64,000 bases of DNA, from assembly GCF_030655195.1 (NCBI RefSeq), contig NZ_JAURWA010000009.1, positions 3,850 through 67,849 on the forward strand. The letters run 5' to 3'. Numbering within the stretch: the first letter of the stretch is position 1; each line of letters opens with the position of its first letter. The DNA comes from Patulibacter sp. (GTDB lineage: Bacteria > Actinomycetota > Thermoleophilia > Solirubrobacterales > Solirubrobacteraceae). Of the stretch, positions 28,268 to 37,262 are shown one piece after another. A program made the position numbers and the translations under genes. A model generated the notes under the pieces. The model made no database searches, had not been told where the DNA came from, and saw only the letters and a program-made list of their open reading frames with translations.

Positions 28268-29164
28268 TCAGCCCGCCTGCAGGAAGGCGGATACCGCGCG
28301 GGCGACACCGGCGGGGTCGTCCAGTTGCGGGCAGTGTCCCGCGCCGTGGAGCACTTGGAGCTCGGCGTCGGGCAGCGCGGCGAGGTAGCGATCCATCTGT
28401 GTCCGGTCGGCGATCGTGTCCCGGTCGCCCCACAGGAGCAGGACCGGGGTGTCGATCTCGTCGGCCCTGACGATGCGGTCCAGGCTGCCGTCCGGTGCGC
28501 GGGCGGCATCGAACAGGGCCGGCACGTCGGCCCACGTGAAGGCCTCGGCGATGCGGGTTGCGAACTGCGCATCGAGGCGGCCCGCGTCGACGACGAGGTC
28601 CTGGAGCGCGACGCGTCGGATCGCCGGCACCGAGAGCGCTGCGGCTGCGAGAGGACGGCTGAGGCGCGCGAGGCGGTGGCGGGGGCGAAACCGTCGTTCG
28701 AGCGCACGGCCCTGAGCGGCGTCGTGCATGCCCATCGGCCCGATCGCCACCACGCGTCTCGCCCGGCCACGACGGGCGAGCTCGAGGGCGGCCCAGCCGC
28801 CGATCGAGTTGCCCACGACGTCGATCGGCTCGTGGACGCCGTGGTCGTCCAGGTGGCGCTCCAGGGCGTCGACGAGGACGTCGAATCGCTCACGGCCTGG
28901 TCCGGGGTCCACGACGAAGGGAAGCTCGGGGCCTCCGATGTGTCCGGGCAGCGTCGGGGCGATGACGTCGCGGCGTCCGCCGAGGGCGGCCACGAACGGC
29001 TTCCACATCTCCCAGGACGTCCATCCGGCATGCACGAGCAGCAGCGGCTCACCCGCTCCGCCCCGGAAGGACGGCTGGGGAGCGGCGGTCCGGCGGCTCC
29101 GGCGGGGCGACGGGCCGCCGGGGCTCGACGGGTCCCGCACGCCGGCGGCGGAGTGGTCGCTCAT
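28268..29164 (-). CDS. Alpha/beta hydrolase (Ser nucleophile)
   Basis: LLLVHAG, APTLPGH, VGNSIGG, LWGDRD, GAGHCPQLD. Confidence 0.88.
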   Translation of the reverse strand: MSDHSAAGVRDPSSPGGPSPRRSRRTAAPQPSFRGGAGEPLLLVHAGWTSWEMWKPFVAALGGRRDVIAPTLPGHIGGPELPFVVDPGPGRERFDVLVDALERHLDDHGVHEPIDVVGNSIGGWAALELARRGRARRVVAIGPMGMHDAAQGRALERRFRPRHRLARLSRPLAAAALSVPAIRRVALQDLVVDAGRLDAQFATRIAEAFTWADVPALFDAARAPDGSLDRIVRADEIDTPVLLLWGDRDTIADRTQMDRYLAALPDAELQVLHGAGHCPQLDDPAGVARAVSAFLQAG

Positions 29165-29799
29165 CGAGTGGCCCTTCGGGAAGCGGCGAGGAACAGGTCG
29201 GCGACGTCGTCGGCGACCGCCCCCGGCGTGCCGGGGGATCGTCCGTCGGCGGCGGCGATCAGGAGTTCCGCGAGACCCCCGGTGAGGGTGTGGGCCGAGA
29301 GGGTGAGCGCGGGATCCGGCGGCTGGTCCGGCGTCGCTCGGAGCGCCTGCATCATCCGCGCGGCGAGGGTCGCTGCGTCCGCGAGCGCGTCGCCGCGCAA
29401 TCGCCGCAGGCGCGGGGTCGCGAACGACTCGACGAGGCAGACCTGAGTGATCCGTGCGTCCTGGAGGAAGTAGGACGAGACCGCGGCCAACGCTGCCCGG
29501 AGGCGGTCCTCCGGCGGTGTCGCGGTGTCGCCGGCGGCCATGGTGACGACGCGACGGACGTCGGAGAGGACGCGCTCGAGGATGGCGGCGAAGAGTGCCT
29601 CGCGATCGGCGTGCTCCTCGTAGAACTGGCGGCGGCTGAGCCCCACGCGCTCGCACACACCGGCGACCGTCGCCCCGTCCCAGCCGCGGGAGGCGAACTC
29701 GTTCAGACCCCCGTCGAGGAGCCGTTCGCGTCGATCGGCGGTGCGCTCCTCCGTGGTGCGCCCGCCGTAGACGCGACCCGGCGTGGTGCGGTCTCCCAT
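29161..29799 (-). CDS. TetR family regulator
   Basis: RVYGGRTTEERTADRRERLL, VCERVGLSRRQFYEE; ATGA overlap with hydrolase. Confidence 0.9.
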   Translation of the reverse strand: MGDRTTPGRVYGGRTTEERTADRRERLLDGGLNEFASRGWDGATVAGVCERVGLSRRQFYEEHADREALFAAILERVLSDVRRVVTMAAGDTATPPEDRLRAALAAVSSYFLQDARITQVCLVESFATPRLRRLRGDALADAATLAARMMQALRATPDQPPDPALTLSAHTLTGGLAELLIAAADGRSPGTPGAVADDVADLFLAASRRATR

Positions 29800-29933
29800 G
29801 CACCCACGGTAGCAATCAGGAACGCGAACGTCTCAGATTGCCCGGACGCGGCTCGACGCTCTCGCCGCCCGGGGCTGGGCGACGCCCGAGCTGCGACCGT
29901 CGCCGTCGCCGCCCGGGTGCCCCTCGGTGCCGG

Positions 29934-31358
29934 TCAGTGCGCCACGGGGCACCCCGCCGCGGCTGCGGGGGCGGCAGCGGCCCGAGGCACCTCGGTGGCG
30001 ACGGACGCGACCGCGTCCCCGTGCCGCGGGACAGGTCGCCGCCGGACGACCGCGAGTCCGCCGTCGGAGGGGGCGTAGGCGAGGCCGCGGAAGCTCTGCC
30101 GCTCGGCCCGCCGGTTCGTCGGCTCGAGGTCGAAGTGCCGGAGCATCGTACGGAGGACGATCTCGAGCTCGAAGAGGGCGAACGACGCCCCGAGGCACCG
30201 GCGACGCCCCCCGCCGAAGGGGACCCAGGTGTAGGTCCCCGGCTTCGCGTCGACGTAGCGGCCGGGATCGAAGCCTTCTGCGTGCGCGTGGAAGCGGGTG
30301 TCGTCGTGGATCGTCGCCAGCGCGGGGAAGAGCATCGTTCGCGCCGGGATCCGCCACTCGCCGAGCTGCACCGGCACGACGGCGCGCCGACCGGTCCCAC
30401 CGATGATCGTGCGGTGGCGCAGGAGCTCGAGGATCGTCGCGGCCCGGTAGGTGGAGTCGCCCGTCTCCGCCTCCTCCTCGAGCCGGCGGAGGACCAACGG
30501 GTGACGACGCAGCCGCTCGACGGCGTAGGCGAGGGACGACGCGGTCGTCTCGTGACCGGCGACCAGGAGCGTCAACAGCTCGTTGGCCACGGCGGTCCGG
30601 TCGACCTCGCCGCCGCCGTCCTGCCCCGCCTGGAGCATCATGGCGAGCACGTCGGTCCGCTGGGACAGCTCCGGGTCGGCGAGGCAGCCGTCGATCAGTC
30701 GGCCCACGAGCTCCTCGTACCGCGAGCGCAGGCGCTTCAGCCTCCCGCCCGGGCTCCGCCGCCCGAGGTCGCGACGCAGCGCCGGGGCGACGACCATGCG
30801 CTGCCCCAGCGCCGTGGCCTCGGGCAGCAGGTCCTCGAGTTCGTCGAGCTCGTCGCCTGCGGCACCGAACACGGCCCGCAGGATCACGCGCAGGGTGATC
30901 GCGTTGAAGGACGGCAGGGTCGGGAACTCCTCCCCGTCCGGCCACGCCGCCATCGCCCGCAGCGCCTCCTCCTCGACGAGCTCCTCGTAGACGCGCATCC
31001 GGTCGCCGTGGAACGCCGGGAGCAGCAGCCGGCGTTCGCGCAGGTGATCTTCCTCGTCGAGCGCGAAGATCGACCCACGCCCGAGGACGTCCCCCAAGGG
31101 GTTCTCTCCCGCGTGCAGGACGGCGGCGTCTGCGGTGAACACCGCCTTGACGAGATCGGGGTGGCAGACGACGACGGCTCGCCCGATCCCCGGCAGCGGG
31201 ATCGAGAACGCGTCCCCGTACCGCCGCTGCAACGTCGTGAAGAACGGCCGCCGGGCGAACGCGAACAGTGCCGCGCTGACGAGCGTGGGCAGGCGGGGCC
31301 CGGCCGGGAGGCGCGGGGGCACCGACGGTTCGAGCGGGGTGACGGACAGCTTGGACAC
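29934..31358 (-). CDS. Cytochrome P450
   Basis: LVAGHETT, ELLR (ExxR), FDPGRY, VPFGGGRRRCLG; GGAG RBS before GTG. Confidence 0.95.
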   Translation of the reverse strand: MSKLSVTPLEPSVPPRLPAGPRLPTLVSAALFAFARRPFFTTLQRRYGDAFSIPLPGIGRAVVVCHPDLVKAVFTADAAVLHAGENPLGDVLGRGSIFALDEEDHLRERRLLLPAFHGDRMRVYEELVEEEALRAMAAWPDGEEFPTLPSFNAITLRVILRAVFGAAGDELDELEDLLPEATALGQRMVVAPALRRDLGRRSPGGRLKRLRSRYEELVGRLIDGCLADPELSQRTDVLAMMLQAGQDGGGEVDRTAVANELLTLLVAGHETTASSLAYAVERLRRHPLVLRRLEEEAETGDSTYRAATILELLRHRTIIGGTGRRAVVPVQLGEWRIPARTMLFPALATIHDDTRFHAHAEGFDPGRYVDAKPGTYTWVPFGGGRRRCLGASFALFELEIVLRTMLRHFDLEPTNRRAERQSFRGLAYAPSDGGLAVVRRRPVPRHGDAVASVATEVPRAAAAPAAAAGCPVAH

Positions 31359-31371
31359 GGGATCTCCACGG

Positions 31372-31413
31372 CGGTAATCGTGAGTACCCAAGCTAGGGTA
31401 CTGCCGGTTACCG
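31372..31413. promoter_or_regulatory. TetR operator candidate between P450 and TetR
   Basis: CGGTAATCGTGAGTACCC-aagcta-GGGTACTGCCGGTTACCG, 15/18 arm match. Confidence 0.65.
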
Positions 31414-31460
31414 TACGACGCAAGGCAGGTCGACGTGCCTCCGCGAGTAGCGTTCGGGAG

Positions 31461-32060
31461 GTGACCGCACCCAGCAGCGATCCACGGCGACGGATCCTCG
31501 ACGGCCTCGCCGCGTCGCTGCGGGAGCGGGGGCTCGCGCACACCCAGATCGACGACATCGTGCGCCACGCCCGGATGTCGAAGCGCACGTTCTACGCCAC
31601 CTTTCCCGACAAGGAGTCGGCGTTCGTCGAGCTGATCCGGGAAGGCAGCATCGAGACCTTCGACGCCGTCGCCCGCCTGGTGGGCGGTGACCTGCCGTGG
31701 GAGGAGCAGGTCGAGCTCGGCGTGACCGCCTACCTCCGCGCCCTGGACGACAACCCGCTGCTCGTCGCGGCCATCTCTCGTGACCTGCCCGGTCTCGGCC
31801 CCCGCGGCATCGCCCTGCACCGGGAGGCCCTCGACCGCTTCGCGGGGCTCTTCACCGAGATGTCCCGGTCGTTCGCCGGCAGCGGCGCGGCGGTACGGCC
31901 GATCCCACAGCTGTCCGCGGTCCTGCTGGTCGCCGGCGTGGCCGAGCTCGTCGCCCGTGCGGCCCTCGACCACGGGCCGATGGAGGACCTCGCGCCGGTC
32001 ATCGTCGACGCCATCGTGGCCTTCGCGCAACCGCGACGGGAGCCCGCGTCCGGGGCGTGA
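31461..32060 (+). CDS. TetR family regulator
   Basis: RRRILDGL, IDDIVRHARMSKRTFYATFPDKES; GTG 7 nt after TAGCGT. Confidence 0.92.
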   Translation: MTAPSSDPRRRILDGLAASLRERGLAHTQIDDIVRHARMSKRTFYATFPDKESAFVELIREGSIETFDAVARLVGGDLPWEEQVELGVTAYLRALDDNPLLVAAISRDLPGLGPRGIALHREALDRFAGLFTEMSRSFAGSGAAVRPIPQLSAVLLVAGVAELVARAALDHGPMEDLAPVIVDAIVAFAQPRREPASGA

Positions 32061-32063
32061 AGT

Positions 32064-32360
32064 CTGCCCCGCCGCTGCTTCGGCACCCGCGGGGGCCTGG
32101 TCGTCGCCCTCGCCGAGGAGGTCCTCGCAGAGCTTCGCGGCTGCCCGCCCCGACGCGACGTACCGCGACTGGACCGCACAGCACCCGTGGGGCCACGCGA
32201 TGTGGACGCACTGCCCCGAGGTCCGTCCCGAGTTCGCCACCATCGTCTCGAACGCCCGGCGGCACCTCGCAGCCCTCGTCGCTGGCATTGCGAGCTGGCG
32301 AACGTCCCCCGCCCCCGTGTACGTCGGCCGGCGCCGCCGGCTGACCACCGGCTCGGGGCA
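32064..32360 (+). pseudogene. Degenerate TetR-like remnant (frameshifted, no start)
   Basis: RRCFGTRGGLVVALAEEVLAELR then, in another frame, DATYRDWTAQHPWGHAMW; end approximate. Confidence 0.35.
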
Positions 32361-32410
32361 TCCGCCGCCCCGACGGCCGGCGGGCTTGCGATCGCGAGAG
32401 CCGCCCCGGG

Positions 32411-33331
32411 TCAGTCGGCCGCAGCGACCCGCGCGTGCGTCTCGACGATGATCTCCGCCAACCGCGGGCCGGCGTCCTCCTGGCAGAAGTGCGCGGTGCT
32501 CCCGAGGGTCTCGTGGGGCTGGCCGGCCGCCCCGGCGACCTGCGCGATCAGCACGCGGTCGGCGCCACGGGTGATCGGGTCCGAGTCGCCGAACGCACAG
32601 ACGAACGGACCGGGGAACGACCGCAGCCCCTCCCACGCGGCGCGGTTGTCGACCGCACCGGGATCGTCGGGCCGGTCGGGGACCAGCGCGGGGAACCGGC
32701 GGGCGCCGGCCTTGTAGGACTCGTCCGGGAACGGTGCGTCGTAGGCCGCGAGCTCCTCCGCCGACAGCTCGCGGGCCGTGGCGCCCTGGAGGATGTTCGC
32801 CACCGGGAACACGTCGACGGACTGCGAGTACGAGCGCCAGGCCTCGAACGCCTTGCCCAGCGGCCGCTCCCCGGTCGGCAGGAACGTGTTCGAGGCCACG
32901 ACCGCGGAGAACCTCTCGGGCTGCTGCCCCACGAGCCGCAGGCCGATCAGCCCACCCCAGTCCTGGCCGAACAGGACGACGTCGCGCAGCTCGAGCTTGA
33001 GGAAGAGCAGGTCCTCGATCCAGCCGGCGTGGCGGACGTAGGTGTAGTCCTCGAGTGCGGTCGGCTTGTCCGAACGGCCGAAGCCGATGAGGTCGGGAGC
33101 GATCACGCGCATCCCGGCCGCGACGAGCGGGCCGATCATGTGCCGGTAGAGGTAGGACCAGCTGGGCTCACCGTGCAGCAGCACGACGACCGGCCCGTCC
33201 GCCGGCCCCTCGTCGACGTAGGCCATCCGCAGCGTGCCCGACCCGTCGACGTCGACCTCTGCGTAGTGCGGAGCGTACGTCCAGCCGCTGAGGCCGTCGA
33301 ACCGCTCGTCGGGCGTGCGCAGGGCGTCCAT
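32411..33331 (-). CDS. Haloalkane dehalogenase (DhmA/HLD-I-like)
   Basis: LRTPDERF, LLHGEPSWSYLYR, APDLIGFGRSDKP, FGQDWGG, GARRFP, AHFCQED. Confidence 0.92.
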   Translation of the reverse strand: MDALRTPDERFDGLSGWTYAPHYAEVDVDGSGTLRMAYVDEGPADGPVVVLLHGEPSWSYLYRHMIGPLVAAGMRVIAPDLIGFGRSDKPTALEDYTYVRHAGWIEDLLFLKLELRDVVLFGQDWGGLIGLRLVGQQPERFSAVVASNTFLPTGERPLGKAFEAWRSYSQSVDVFPVANILQGATARELSAEELAAYDAPFPDESYKAGARRFPALVPDRPDDPGAVDNRAAWEGLRSFPGPFVCAFGDSDPITRGADRVLIAQVAGAAGQPHETLGSTAHFCQEDAGPRLAEIIVETHARVAAAD

Positions 33332-33395
33332 GCCCGGACCCTAGCCCCGGGGGTGGGCGGCGCGGGCGTCGTGAACGGAAAGCCGGACGCAGCCT

Positions 33396-33570
33396 CTACG
33401 GCCACTCGCACTTCGCGGCCGTCGCCGCCGCCTCGATGCCCGTGTCGCGCTCGTCGTAGATCGGGACGGCGTAGGTCGTCGTCCCGCCGCCGCGGGAGGA
33501 GATGGCGATCCGCACCGTCCGTGGCTCGCCGCTGCGGAGCCTCGCCAGGGCCGCATGGTCCCGCGACGCT
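33396..33570 (-). pseudogene. Orphan 3' gene fragment (unknown family)
   Basis: GC3-rich codons DHAALARLRSGEPRTVRIAISSRGGGTTTYAVPIYDERDTGIEAAATAAKCEWP*; no plausible nearby start; 5' edge approximate. Confidence 0.3.
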
Positions 33571-33602
33571 GGTCCCGGCGCCTCGTTCGCTACGTTCGGC
33601 CC

Positions 33603-34064
33603 GTGCCGTCGTCTCGATCCCTCGAGGACCTCTTCGCCGATCGTCCCGACCTGACGGGTACGGCGGTCGCCGAGATCGCGTTCCCCGGCGAGCTGCGGGA
33701 ACGACTGATCGCCGCGTACCTCGACGGCACGAAGACCGCCGGATCGTCCCTGCTGCTCGAGTACGAGATCGCCGACGAGCCCCTCCCCGTCCCGGGCGAC
33801 CGATCGATCATGGTCGACTCGCAGCGACGGCCCGTGGCACTCCTGACCGTCTCTGCGGTCGACGTGGTCCCGATGGACGAGGTCGACCTCCGGATCGCGG
33901 TCGGCGAGGGCGAGGGCTTCGCGTCCGTCGACCAGTGGCGCGCGGCGCACATGGAGTTCTGGACCAGCGACGACTTCCGGGACGAGATCGGCGACCCGGC
34001 GTTCACGCCGGCCGACGACGCACCCGTCGTCGTCGAATGGGTCGAGCTCGGCGAGACGTTCTGA
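33603..34064 (+). CDS. ASCH domain protein
   Basis: FPGELRERL..YLDGTKTAGSS, GEGEG..SVDQWRAAH..FW; GTG 6 nt after TACGTT. Confidence 0.88.
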   Translation: MPSSRSLEDLFADRPDLTGTAVAEIAFPGELRERLIAAYLDGTKTAGSSLLLEYEIADEPLPVPGDRSIMVDSQRRPVALLTVSAVDVVPMDEVDLRIAVGEGEGFASVDQWRAAHMEFWTSDDFRDEIGDPAFTPADDAPVVVEWVELGETF

Positions 34065-34139
34065 CAGGGCCCGGCGATCCGCAACGATTCACGTCCGCCC
34101 GGGTTCATGGTCCGACCGTCCCCCTTGCCCAGGAACACC

Positions 34140-34799
34140 ATGCGCCCGCCACTCCTGTCCGCAGCCACCGCACTGGTCCTCCTCGCCGGCACGGCGACGG
34201 CCGCAGCGGACACCACCCCGACCCGCGCCGAGTTCGAGTCACGCGTGACGCGCCTCCTGACCGACCGTCACGGGGCCGACTTCACCGACGCAGCGGTGCG
34301 GTACGTCGCATGCCCCGCGGCCCAGCTCAGTCACGACCGCAACTACGGCAGCCAGCAGGACTGCCGCTACGAGTTCGGCAGCCGGAGCCGGCGCACGGCC
34401 GGCGGCATCAGCTTCTTCGACGACTTCGGAGGCGGCGGCGAGTTCCGACCGAGCCCGGCCACGCGAGCGACGTTCGACACCGCACCCCGCGCCTGCACCG
34501 GCAGCAGACTCCGCGCGGGCTTCGCGGACCCCGGATGGACGCTCCGTTCGCTCCGTGCGACCGCCGACGACCCCTACTCCTGCCGCACCTCAGGACAGCT
34601 CCTCGACCACCTCGCCGCCACGACGCGCAGCTCGAGCCGTCTGCCCAGGCACCGCACCATCCGGCTGAGCGACGCCGGCCCCGGATACCCGACCCTGGAC
34701 GACTGGGACTGCTCTCGAACCGGCGCCCGTTCCCAGACCGTCACCTGCCGCAACGGCCTCGGTCACCGGATCACCGCGCGACTCGAACCGACCGACTGA
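34140..34799 (+). CDS. Secreted Cys-containing hypothetical protein
   Basis: Signal peptide MRPPLLSAATALVLLAGTATAAA; 6 Cys in the mature region. Confidence 0.75.
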   Translation: MRPPLLSAATALVLLAGTATAAADTTPTRAEFESRVTRLLTDRHGADFTDAAVRYVACPAAQLSHDRNYGSQQDCRYEFGSRSRRTAGGISFFDDFGGGGEFRPSPATRATFDTAPRACTGSRLRAGFADPGWTLRSLRATADDPYSCRTSGQLLDHLAATTRSSSRLPRHRTIRLSDAGPGYPTLDDWDCSRTGARSQTVTCRNGLGHRITARLEPTD

Positions 34800-34919
34800 C
34801 GGACGGTCGCCTGCGGCCGACGCCGGCTCAGCAGCCGATCCGGCGTCCCGCCGTCCGCAGGAAGACGGTGTCGTTCCGACTGTTCGCGGTCGTCGCGCGA
34901 CGGTGCGAGCCTGTGCCGT

Positions 34920-35285
34920 ATGACCGAGTCGACCACCACGCTCTGGCGGCCCGTCGGGCAGAAGGAACTCGACCTGATCGAGGCGTCCGCGTGGAAGCGG
35001 TTCCCGCCGCGACTGCTGGGACAGCCGATCTTCTACCCCGTCCTCAACGAGGAGTACGCGACGAAGATCGCCCGCGACTGGAACACGAAGGATCCTGCGT
35101 CGGAGCACGTCGGCCACGTCTTGCGGTTCGAGGTCGACAGCACGTACCTGAGGAGGTTCGAGCCCCGGCGAGTCGGGGGTCGCGGGATCGACGAGCTCTG
35201 GGTGCCGGCCGAAGACCTCGACGAGTTCAACGACCACATCCGCGGAACGATCGAGATCGTCTCGACCCACCGACCCGCGGTCTGA
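34920..35285 (+). CDS. Small conserved protein of the family commonly labelled ADP-ribosylation/crystallin J1
   Basis: TLWRPVGQKEL..FPPRL..QPIFYPVLNEEYATKIARDWN..ELWVPAEDLDEFN recognised from memory. Confidence 0.75.
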   Translation: MTESTTTLWRPVGQKELDLIEASAWKRFPPRLLGQPIFYPVLNEEYATKIARDWNTKDPASEHVGHVLRFEVDSTYLRRFEPRRVGGRGIDELWVPAEDLDEFNDHIRGTIEIVSTHRPAV

Positions 35286-35329
35286 CCCCGCCGCCATCGC
35301 CCCGCGCGCCGGCGCCGGAGGTCACCTCG

Positions 35330-36106
35330 TCACGCCCCGGCACCCCCGTCGACGGGCACGATCGCCCCGGTGACGAACGACGCGCGGTCGCTGAGCAGCC
35401 ACGCCGCGACCTCCGCGACCTCGTGGGGCTCCGCCATCCGGCCGAGGGGGATCGAGGCCGTCACCTGCGCGACCACTCCGGGGGTCGCGGCCTCCCACTC
35501 GTCGATCATCTCCGTGGCCGTCCCCCCGGGGGTGATGCCGTTGACGCGGATGCCCTCCGGGGCCCAGGTCACCGCCGCGGACTCCGTGATGCTGTCGAGT
35601 GCGCGCTTCATCGCCCCGTACGCGGGCAGGACGGGGTTCGCGCGGCGGCTCCCGATGCTCGAGGTGTTCACGATCGCGCCGCCACCGCCGGCGCGCATCA
35701 ACGCGGCCTCGGCGGTCATCGCGGTCCAGTGGCCGCGGAAGTTCACCGCGAACTGCCGGTCGAGGTCCTCGCCGCTCGTCGCGTCCAACGGACCGGGCGC
35801 CTGGATCGCCGCCCCGTTGTTGAACGCCCCGTCCAGTCGGCCGTGCAGGTCCTCGACCCGCGACACCGCCGCGCGGACGCTCGCCTCGTCGGCGAGGTCC
35901 AGGGGCACGGCGTCGGCGACGCCGCCGGCGGCACGGATCCCGGCGACGACCCGGTCCAGCGCGTCGGTGCCCCGGGCCCCCAGGACGACGGCGGCGCCCT
36001 CCCGGGCGAACAGGCGGGCCGCGGCCGCACCGATGCCGCGGCTGGCGCCGCTGATCAGGATCACCTTCTCGTGGAGCAGGCCGATGGGCGGGGCGTGAGT
36101 GGTCAT
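35330..36106 (-). CDS. Classical SDR oxidoreductase
   Basis: SGASRGIG, FNNGA, NTSS, YGAMK, IRVNGITPG. Confidence 0.93.
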   Translation of the reverse strand: MTTHAPPIGLLHEKVILISGASRGIGAAAARLFAREGAAVVLGARGTDALDRVVAGIRAAGGVADAVPLDLADEASVRAAVSRVEDLHGRLDGAFNNGAAIQAPGPLDATSGEDLDRQFAVNFRGHWTAMTAEAALMRAGGGGAIVNTSSIGSRRANPVLPAYGAMKRALDSITESAAVTWAPEGIRVNGITPGGTATEMIDEWEAATPGVVAQVTASIPLGRMAEPHEVAEVAAWLLSDRASFVTGAIVPVDGGAGA

Positions 36107-36192
36107 GGGTCGGAGTGTCGAGCGGCGCGGCAGCCGGATCCAGGCACGGGCAGTACCAGGATGCGGCGGCCCCGAGGGCGCATACTCGGTGC

Positions 36193-37053
36193 ATGGACAA
36201 GCACGAGCTCGGCGCGTTCCTGCGCAGCCGTCGCGAGCGGCTGCGCCCCGAGGACGTCGGCCTCGCCTCCGGATCGCGGCGCCGGACGCCGGGGCTGCGC
36301 CGCGAGGAGGTGGCGGTCCTCGCGCACATCTCCATCGAGTACTACGTGCGCCTCGAGCAGGGCCGTGCGCCGCGCCCGTCGGGCGACGTGCTCGCCGGGA
36401 TCGTCGGCGCCCTGCGGCTGACGGACGCGGAGTCCGCCCACCTCCACGTCCTCGCCGGCACCGCGCCGAGCCGCACCGGGGTGCACCGCCGGGACGTCCG
36501 CCCGAGCATCCTCGCGCTCCTGGAGCGGCTCCCCGGGACGGCCGGGTTCGTGATGTCCGCCGCGTTCGAGGTGCTCGCCTGGAACGAGCTCGCCGCCGCG
36601 CTCATGGAGGACTTCGGGCACCTCGATCCCGAGGACCGCAACCTCGCGCGACGGGCGTTCCTCCGGTCCGTGGACCCCGCGGACGGTGGCCTCTACGGCG
36701 TCTCGGACGCGGCCGAGTTCCGCAGCACCGTCGTGACGGAGCTTCGTGCCACCCGGGCCCGCTACCCCACCGATCCGGACGTCGTCGGTCTGGTCGCCGA
36801 GCTGCTCGACGGCAGCCCCGAGTTTCGGCGCCTGTGGGAGCGCCAGGACGTGCGGGTCGCGCCCATGCTGACGAAGACCTTCCACCACCCGGTCGTCGGC
36901 GACGTCACCGTGGACTGCGACGCCACCACGCTCGTCGATCGCGACCAGCACCTCGTGCTCTACTCCGCCCCGCAGGGCTCGCCGGCGGCCGAGGCGCTCG
37001 CGTTCCTCGGCGTGCTCGGCGTGGACGGTGTCCGGGCCGGCCGACCGCGGTAG
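36193..37053 (+). CDS. XRE/MmyB-like regulator
   Basis: LGAFLRSRRERL, RRTPGLRREEVA, YYVRLEQGR, FHHPVVG. Confidence 0.93.
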   Translation: MDKHELGAFLRSRRERLRPEDVGLASGSRRRTPGLRREEVAVLAHISIEYYVRLEQGRAPRPSGDVLAGIVGALRLTDAESAHLHVLAGTAPSRTGVHRRDVRPSILALLERLPGTAGFVMSAAFEVLAWNELAAALMEDFGHLDPEDRNLARRAFLRSVDPADGGLYGVSDAAEFRSTVVTELRATRARYPTDPDVVGLVAELLDGSPEFRRLWERQDVRVAPMLTKTFHHPVVGDVTVDCDATTLVDRDQHLVLYSAPQGSPAAEALAFLGVLGVDGVRAGRPR

Positions 37054-37262
37054 TCGGCGGGTGGCCCGGCGCCGCCCGCCCCCGTGTCGGTGGCGGCTAC
37101 GACGTGCCGGCCAGACCTGCGGAGCCGGTGTCGCTCACGACGGGATCTGCGCGCCGTCCGGGAAGTCGGTGCTCCGCGAGAGGTCCTCCCTGTCGCGTCC
37201 GCACCGACGCGCTCGCACCCCGCGATGATGGGGCGCACCACCGAGACCCCCACGAGGACGGC

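Noticed and set aside
34081-34105. GCAAC-N17-GTT SigE/SigH-like promoter before the secreted protein
   Set aside because: Single short match with no second instance; could be chance
37110-37120. GCCAGACCTGC resembling the 3' end of a cobalamin riboswitch
   Set aside because: The upstream conserved core (GGGAA..GGTG, CCCGCAACTGT, GGGAAG) is missing and the downstream gene is not B12-related
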